Source of the DNA: Bugula neritina
Lineage: Eukaryota > Animalia > Bryozoa
DNA: 64,000 nucleotides
Reading direction: 5' to 3'
Assembly (NCBI GenBank): GCA_964035545.1
Contig: OZ037766.1
Span: 24,792,126-24,856,125 of the forward strand
Below the pieces are notes generated by a model, which saw only the letters and a program-made list of their open reading frames with translations, had not been told where the DNA came from and searched no databases. Below, piece after piece: positions 51,473 to 64,000 of the stretch. Positions within the stretch are counted from its first letter, which is position 1. Each line of letters opens with the position of its first letter. The translations under genes and the position numbers were made by a program.

Positions 51473-53200
51473 TGTTATTAATACTGATACTGTAAATTTG
51501 TTGTCCAAAATTCGGGGTTCCAAATTTCGGGCTCTCCGAGGTTCGGAGCCTCCCCCTCATTTTTGGACAACAAAGGATCTTTTGTGTGCACGTTCTTTGT
51601 CTTGTGTGTATAAAAGCAGGCGAGTTCCAGTGTAGATTCAATTTACCACTGGATCTCGCTTGTGAAGGACCTAATTTCTACTCTACAATAATGACTACTA
51701 TTATCTACAACTTCATCACGTCCTGTTCTTTTTTACAAAGAGTTATGTTCCAGCACTAAGTTACATTCAACCCACAAGTTTATCACATTGGTGGCAGTGG
51801 TGGGATTCCGAATAACTAAGTGCTAAGGAGAACAAGATGACCCCAGGGGAAGGAGAGAGGACAACCCCTGGAGCATCAGAGACACCAGCCCTCACTGTTG
51901 AGGCTCTGGTTACAGCTCTCCGAGAAATGCAGGGGATGAGTCAGGGGCCACCTGGTGACAGGTACCGCCTCAAGCCCCCCTCCCCCCACCCTCCCCCCCT
52001 CGATTTTCGGAGGTGAAGGGGATGTCGAGCAGTTCATCCGCGAGTTTGAAGATGTGGCCACCATCGCTGAATGGCCAGCCCAGATGCGCATCCTTCAACT
52101 CCAGACCTATTTGACAGGCCGGGCCAAGAGTTTTGCTCTTGGACCCAATGAGGCTCACATCTTGCCGGCCCTCAGGACCCGGTTTGGCCTGACGGCTGAG
52201 GAAGCTTCGGATCGCCTACAGGCCATGAGGAGAAACCGAATGACGCCAGTAGAGGATCACGCGAACGCGGTAGAATGCTTGGCTCAGGCTGCTTTCAGCC
52301 ATGCCACGGGCATGGAGAGGAAACGCCTGGTATACAACGCGTTCTTCCGGAGTATCAATGATCCTGATCTGCAACGCTACTGGCTGGCCGCGAAGGTCAG
52401 CAGTCTGAAAGAGGCCTTAGAAACGGGTAAGGCTTATTTACAGGTAGAAGGGCTTCAAGGGGCAGGCTTTACCGCCCACCAGGTATCAAAGGGAACGAAG
52501 AGGCTGCCACGCCCCCTGCTCCACAGGTATCAACAGCAACGACCAAATTACCGAAGCAAGCGCAGCTCACCGCGTTGATAGACAGGGTGAAGGGTCTGTA
52601 GGCTACGGTGACTAAATTGCAACGAGACCAGGCAGATAGGCGGACTCCCCTGTCCGCCCCTCCCAGCCCACCTGCTGGGGGTGTGGCACACTGGGCATGT
52701 AAGGAGACACTGCCCAAAAGGCCACCTACCTTTAAACACCCGAGGCTCACGGTAACTTCCGCCGATCGTAGGTCCCAAGCCAACCCCATCCGGGAGAGGG
52801 ATGAGAAGATGACTGAAAGGACCTCTACGGAGCCTGCCAATACTGAGTGGCAGGCACCTCGGAGATCTCGGAAACCGAAAGGTCTACCCGATCCTCCAGC
52901 CATGCCACTCAAGGCCCGGATGGAGTCAGAAGACACAGGATGGCAGGTACCTCGGAGATCTCGGAGACCGCAAGATTTACCCAATCTTCCTGCCTGGCCA
53001 CTCCGTAACCAGTTCGCGGGGTTGCTCTACGAGGTTGTGGAAGAGGACTCAGCTTACTTGCAAGAGTACCCCAAGCTACCCTCCCGACCTCAGAAAACCC
53101 CCCCCCCCTGTTGTCTCTAAGATGAAGAGGAGGCCTGCTGTGCGAACCCAAGTTGTGTTTCCCCCAGAGACTAACCGCTCCAGGAGCACCCAACCGTACT
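51473..53200 (+). mobile_element. gag: Ty3/gypsy retrotransposon E, 5' part: LTR (~51473-51787), PBS (51789-51806), gag (~51837-52755), start of pol
   Basis: PBS TGGTGGCAGTGGTGGGAT is tRNA-Leu type. Gag FGGEGDVEQFIREFEDV is homologous to element D. CWGCG..GH...HC knuckle and T TTA AAC slippery site at 52731-52737. The LTR start is approximate. Confidence 0.88.
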
Positions 53201-53203
53201 TTT

Positions 53204-54612
53204 TTTAGCTATCTTTTCATAATTGCCAGAGCAATTGGTCTTTAGCTTGATCAACCAATAAGAATTAGAAATTTTAGTTGGCAGCCATTTTTATTATTGA
53301 AAACATAAAATTGTTTGCTTTTCAGCATTTTTAATGGCTGAATAAAAGCTGAAAAACTACATAAATGACTGCATTACAAGTTGCACGAAATGCTCATTAC
53401 TAGTAGAGATACATCTATATACACGGTAAATAGATATTATAGTTCGTATATATTCTAACTTTTGTTTTGCTTAATTGTATAAGATATCAATTCATCTGCA
53501 TGTATATTTTTATTAGTAGCTTAAGTTTGCATGTTATAACAAGAATATAGCTATTTTATATACCTAAAAACATCATTTTACTTTCACATATTTTTGAATA
53601 AGGGTCACTATATCAGAGTACACTAAAATAAATGTATCCATAAATTAGCAATAGACTTCTATTTTGCTTTTAAAAAAAAATTGTTTGAAATAATATAATG
53701 ATCTTATGGCTAATAACATATTAGAACCACATACTACCATATATTATGTAGCATTTCATACCATGTAAATCGCGTCTATAACACAGTTGGTATAATAGTC
53801 ATGTCATGTAGCAGTCTGTAGCTGAGAGTTGCCTTTGCCAGTAATTCAAACTGATTGCATTTGCTTGTATACCAGTGACTTATTTCCAGGAGAACACAAC
53901 TCTAACATATAACAAGCTTGACCGATCATGTAACAGCTTTGCCACGAACACACCCATGTTTATAGGATTCTATATGTATAGTCTCAAACAACATATTGAT
54001 TAGACAATACAGGTGATTGAATAGTTCTATAAGTAGCTTCAATCAGAGAATTTAGTTTGGAGAGTCATGGGTTTGGAGCTATGTCCTCAACTCTAAACTC
54101 GAGACCCCAAACTGACATCGCCCTTCACCCCCAAACCTGATCAGCAGAAGAAAGCCTCTTAGCACCGCATGATACACATGTGTTGCAGTTTGGTCCATTA
54201 GCTGCTAACTTACATTATATATGCCTAATGTAGTGTTTTAAAACCTAAGGCTATGCACTCTGTCACACAGGGTCATTGAGTTTATCTGTTGGCTTCGCAG
54301 CCACTTATACCACCACAACATTTGGCTTCAAAACGCTGAAGTTAGTTATTCTTTTTGTATAAGACAAAAAACATTAAATCAGCATAAATCATTACAGGCA
54401 TACTAAATGTAGTAGTATTCATGATCTTTCTTGGCATGCATATCATTGGAGGCTTTTAAAACAATAGATTGCAACTAGTTTGATGATTTAAATTAACAAT
54501 TTCAAAACTTTTGTGGTTTCCATAGTTTTAAAATTTTGATAAGATTTGTTTTCATAACCATCAACAAACTTTGCATATGACAAAAACTGAGTAAATAATA
54601 CCTACATGCAGA
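53204..54612 (+). repeat. Second copy of the ~1.45-kb segmental duplication
   Basis: Colinear with 43689-45152. Confidence 0.9.
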
Positions 54613-56019
54613 TATAATATTTTCACATATTTAAAAACATAATATATGTTATCAAAAAATTACATTGGCATATGTGCCTAAATTATTAAAGGCCTATATG
54701 CATAGGCAGGCCTATATGAAAAAATGAGAACATCTTTTTTTCAATAACTTAATTTTCGAAGACCAAATATTTAATAGTTCACTCTAACTATAATGTTGCA
54801 ATGATCACACAAATAACAATTTTTTTCTGCTGTCAGAAGTTATTCTTACAAATAATTAATGTTCAACTCATAGTTATATATACTTTTATAGTTATCCATG
54901 TGTTCATGCAACAGCCCAGGCTAGATGAAAACATTTCCTCAGCAGCTACTAATTTTACGAAACCATTTCGGTTTTTTACATCGTAAAATTTAGGCTCCTA
55001 TATAATGGTCTCATTATCTTTATTCATGTCAGTTTTATCATAAAATGTGTAATTTAGATCTGAGCTGTCAACTATGTATTGTTTTTGTCAATTCTTATCT
55101 ATAATTCAACATGTTTTTATATGTGTATAACACTCACATCAAACTATAAGACATTATTTTGGCAAAATCGAGTGAGAACTTCAGCAACTTCGCAAAAAAC
55201 AAATTTCTCCATATAGCATAAAGACTATAATTATCTACTGCAAAATAACTTACTAGATAATGCCAAGAAGGACTAATTATCAATGTATTTGTCAAAGAAC
55301 AAGGCATTAATTAATTCTGAATATTGTAAAATATATTTTTGCAGATCATCTATAATGCAAGCTATATTGGTTAGTTCTTTGTTGTTTGACTTGTATTTCA
55401 CAAAATCTGTAGCAATTGTAGCAATTAATCAAAATTGTCTACTGCAAAAGAAATTATGTATACTAAGTTGCTGTAACTCAAACTTATTTGCCAAGAAAAA
55501 TGCATCTATTAATTTTTCATATTTTAAAACTATTGTTTGCTGATGATCTATGCAGGCTATCAGTTAGTTCCTTGTTGTTTGTCTTGAATTTCACAATGTA
55601 TGTAGCCTTTGTTTGACAGGGAATATTGAGGGGGTTGGGGTGATGGATTTTATTGACATGCAATTGCCACACACACAAACTTTATCTGCTATAACCAGTC
55701 AATTCTTCCAGAAAGCTCATGTCAAGTTTTTCAAATATCCTTCGTTCCATCATATGTTCACCTAAGAATCTTAATCTATTCTGCATAGACAGGGGGGGGG
55801 GGGGTTAAGCATAATATGTATATAGAATAGTAGTTAGTAATTACTCAGTAATTATTAAGTACTTGTTAGACCTTGATAAGTACGTAAAAATGTTTGTAAT
55901 TGTGTTAGGGTGAAAGGTGAACAAAAATAGTTTTTTAATATGGCAGGAAAGCCTTAACAGCCAGATAGAAAGGATATCCAAAAACTATAATTTAATATAT
56001 AAGGAAGCAATTTACAAAG

Positions 56020-56020
<1 letters not shown>

Positions 56021-56072
<52 letters not shown>
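56021..56072. repeat. (TA)n microsatellite
   Basis: Direct reading. Confidence 0.95.
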
Positions 56073-56074
<2 letters not shown>

Positions 56075-57428
56075 ACTTGTTTCCATTAAGCCATCAAACA
56101 TTTAAAAAATATTGTAGTGGCTGTAGAAAGTGTACCCCCAATACCCCATACCTAAGTACTTGTATTATATTTATATGAGGCATAAAAGTTTCAAGGGACT
56201 ACAACTCTGTTAGCGATGCAGCAGCTCAGTGCGGCACTGCATCTCTCCCACTGCAATACCACTGGAACTCGATACTAACCATTTAGGACCAACCTCTTGG
56301 ATATAAACAGCGCCTTCCGGCACCTGGCCTAAGTCAGAGGATAACTGTTAGATAAATAAAGGAAAACTAGTACAACTGCTTTCGGTATTATACTCTTTTG
56401 ATACTTTTCTATGATTTTGATTATGTGTAATTACAATTCCAATACAGTTCTTTCTGAAAAGGTTGTCATGCAGTAATAACTTGTGCATACAACAAATCCC
56501 CAATTAGTAATGCACAAAACTACAACAATATGTACTGTATTTATGAATTTTAGACAAATTGAAGTGTTATAGCAATAGTTCTGCTTGATTTCATTGTAAT
56601 GTTGTTGGAAAATTGTACTGTCTAATAATGTTCATTCTAGAAAACATTAGCAAAGTTCAAATCTGCTCTGGTCTAAATTTTGTAAAAAGTGGAAAGTGCT
56701 TATGTGCATAACAATGATATTTTAGATCTTGCTATATATGGAAGTGTGATATGGCCTTGGCAAGAAGAGCTATAGAACAAATATAAAGCTTGCTATAGGT
56801 GAGAGTTATATGCTAAGATACTGCTAGCGAATTAGTTTGAAAGGGCATACAACAAATAAAAACTTCAGAGGTTGAAGGAGGGTTTATGTATATAACACGG
56901 AGCTGATAAGAAAAAAGACCCTCCAGTGGCATTGTCAAAGAAATGAAGGGGCAGGCATCATGAGAGTATATGAGCTGCATATGTGAAAGGAATGAGAAGT
57001 AGTAGGTGAAGAGGAGAATATAGGTAAAAAGCTACTATCGATACAAATAAGAAAATTGCTCATGATATATAATAGAGACAGATTGCAATGTCTGGTGGCT
57101 CTTGGAACAGTAGACTACTGCACATAGCACCCGTATAGAGAAAAGCAGATAAGGACTAGCTTCACATAATCTTTGCATCTTTTGAAATTTATTTGATCAT
57201 TTACTAGTTAATCAATAATAATAACTGCTGGTGCACACCAAATAAATGCAATAACATAGGTAAAATATCACTGGGCACAATTTTTTTCATTTCTTGGTTT
57301 AATAAAAATTATTAAGTTTTATTATGCCTGTATACTGAATGATCATTTTGATTGATTTGTTAATGCTTGGGGGCTTACCAAGTTTCATTTTGTATTTTTT
57401 AATAATTATAATCATAAACCAGTTGGAG

Positions 57429-57438
57429 TATATATAAA
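57429..57438 (+). promoter_or_regulatory. TATA box of array gene copy 4
   Basis: TATATATAAAG lies ~90 bp before ATG 57521. Confidence 0.65.
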
Positions 57439-57520
57439 GCAAAATTTTCACTGATTTGTTATTTCATGCTTAGACTTTGCAACAGAAGCATAATAGTAAA
57501 GCACTATTAAAAGAAACAGC

Positions 57521-62019
<4,499 letters not shown>

Positions 62020-64000
62020 TTGATCTACTAGGCAACGTAACTTGTGTTTACTCTGTCAAATAAATGAATAAACCACCGTTTTTAATATTATACCTGTTTC
62101 TTTTTTCAAGCAAGGGTTTTACAATGATCAGTGCAAGTGATTGTATTCTACAACATATTGTCAATATGTTAGCTTCATTATCATTTGTCTACTTTTATAC
62201 CAAAACATTTAAGTTAGATGTATGCAAGTCTTTTCCTTATCTATATGAAAACTTCTAATATTTTATTTACATATAATCTTCTTATTAATATCAGAGCAAC
62301 TGGTCTTCTGCTTGTTCAACCAATAAGGATTAGGAACTCTATTTGGCAGCCATTTTACTGGTTTTGTTTGCCTTCTACTATTCTCATTGGCTGAAGAAAA
62401 GCTGATAGGTTAGATGACTGCACTGCAATGCACGAAATGCTCATCACTACTTACAGCAGATACTTATACATCTATTATAAATAGTTATAACTAGTAAACT
62501 ATTACTAATTTTATACTAATTAACATATGCTTTTGATTCTTCTGCCTTTATAATATCTTTTATTAGCCACTAAAGTTCCCATTTAATTACAATTACAATA
62601 AAGGTGTTAGGGAGTTAAAATATGAATGCCTTTTTTCCTCTCAGATATTGAATAATAAGCACCATCAAAGCACACGAGAATAACTGTGAAAGCAATAATA
62701 GCTGTATCAGCACTATGTTATAGCTCATATTAAAATACTATAATAATGGCCTGCAATTTGAATATAGAAATATATTATTGTAGCTAATCACATATACTAC
62801 CATTACCTATAAGCATTTAATGCTGTATACAAATTATGTTCATGCAGTTGGTATTGTGCAGGTTAAGGATTTTAACAATTATTGTTGAGAGTAGCCTGAG
62901 CTACTAACCCACACCACGTTTGTTTAGGAGAAAACAACTCTAAATACATATGAATGGTTGGACTACTTCATGTAAATCTTATGTGTTTAAAATCCAAAGG
63001 CTATGCACTCTGTCACATGGGGTCATTGAGTTCATTGCATGACCCTTCACAACCATTTATTCTATAAGCATCTCCGAATATTGGGAGCTGAATGCAGTAA
63101 CTATTTTATGGTGCTGGAGTTTGAAGTTGGGCTTAATTGAAGCCCTCAACCCCAAACTTGAAAACCACTACTATACTGCACTCACTCACCACCAACCAAG
63201 AGCTGCGTATTATAGAGCAATTCTCTAACATGTGTTGACTTTGCCGTCAATACTGTCAAAAATACTAGGAAGCAAATTCTAGTTTACATCTTTTGTTGGC
63301 TGTTGTTCAAAAGTACAGCTACTTGTTGTTGGATTGTTTAACAAGAAGTGAAGTTTTAATTGGTCCGCTACAAAACTAATATGTTAGCATAACTCCAAAG
63401 TGTGATTGAAATATTAGTAATAAAGTAATGTGACACTCATCACCTGGAAAGGTTTATTTTTAAGAATATAGTATACAACTTACAAGTAAATAGTAATGGC
63501 AAATAACAGAGCTAAAATATATTTATATAGAAAATACTGATTTAGTTAAATCATCTGTCAGTGTTGACAATGCATAGCATCTTCATGCAGTGCTGGTGTC
63601 TTGCACGTCTAGCCATAAGACTTTTAGTAAGTAATTCACAAATAAAGTAAGTTTCATATATAGAAAATGAATCAGTGCATATGGTATCCGAAAGTTTCTC
63701 AGTGAAAAAGCATTATTATACTGGTATCAAACTTCTCCTAATGCATTCAGTTATAAATTATGTAATATAAAACTATGTAAAGAATATAGAGATGTTAGAC
63801 TCTTTACACACTGCAGCATGTTAATTATATATATGATCACAACTACTTACAATACGTAAATATTTATATACTCTGTAGCGTCATGATACTGTCTAACAAG
63901 ACATATGCTGGTATTTGGGAAAATTACCTTTGGCATTCACATTAGTCAAAGCATATACCAGTATAATATATCTTTATATTAATCTTTCTCGGTAGTCGAT

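Noticed and set aside
51789-51806. tRNA-like sequence here and at 4559-4576 and 50060-50076
   Set aside because: Only 17-18-nt complements of tRNA-Leu 3' ends next to LTRs, so primer-binding sites rather than tRNA genes.
56160-56360. GC-richer patch with a small hairpin (GATGCAG...CTGCATC), possible ribozyme or retroelement end
   Set aside because: I could not identify a hammerhead or HDV core or a second copy, so there is not enough support.

Overview
AT-rich animal (invertebrate-like) genomic DNA with spliceosomal introns. The core feature is a + strand tandem array of four paralogues (about 11.2-16.5, 26.5-30.0, 37.6-43.5 and 57.5-62.0 kb) of a 7-exon gene. The ORF track shows only fragments of it. 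Spliced by hand, it encodes a ~510-aa predicted secreted protein: signal peptide, an NHL-like beta-propeller in one ~880-bp exon, and a ~190-aa C-terminal domain with 8 Cys. Copies 1 and 3 splice into intact ORFs. Copy 2 lacks its promoter/exon 1 and has a broken acceptor. Copy 4 has a 4-bp insertion creating a stop and a later 1-bp deletion. Differences between copies cluster at predicted propeller loop positions while the C-terminal exons are almost invariant, suggesting a diversifying secreted recognition family. The spacers hold nested mobile DNA: five Ty3/gypsy-type fragments (one with an extra zinc-finger ORF after integrase), an Academ-like DNA transposon with a TTA target-site duplication, a Penelope element with hammerhead ribozymes, several MITEs, a CAC..GTG foldback element enclosing a gypsy fragment, local duplications and long microsatellites. 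All calls are from manual reading; no database search was run.
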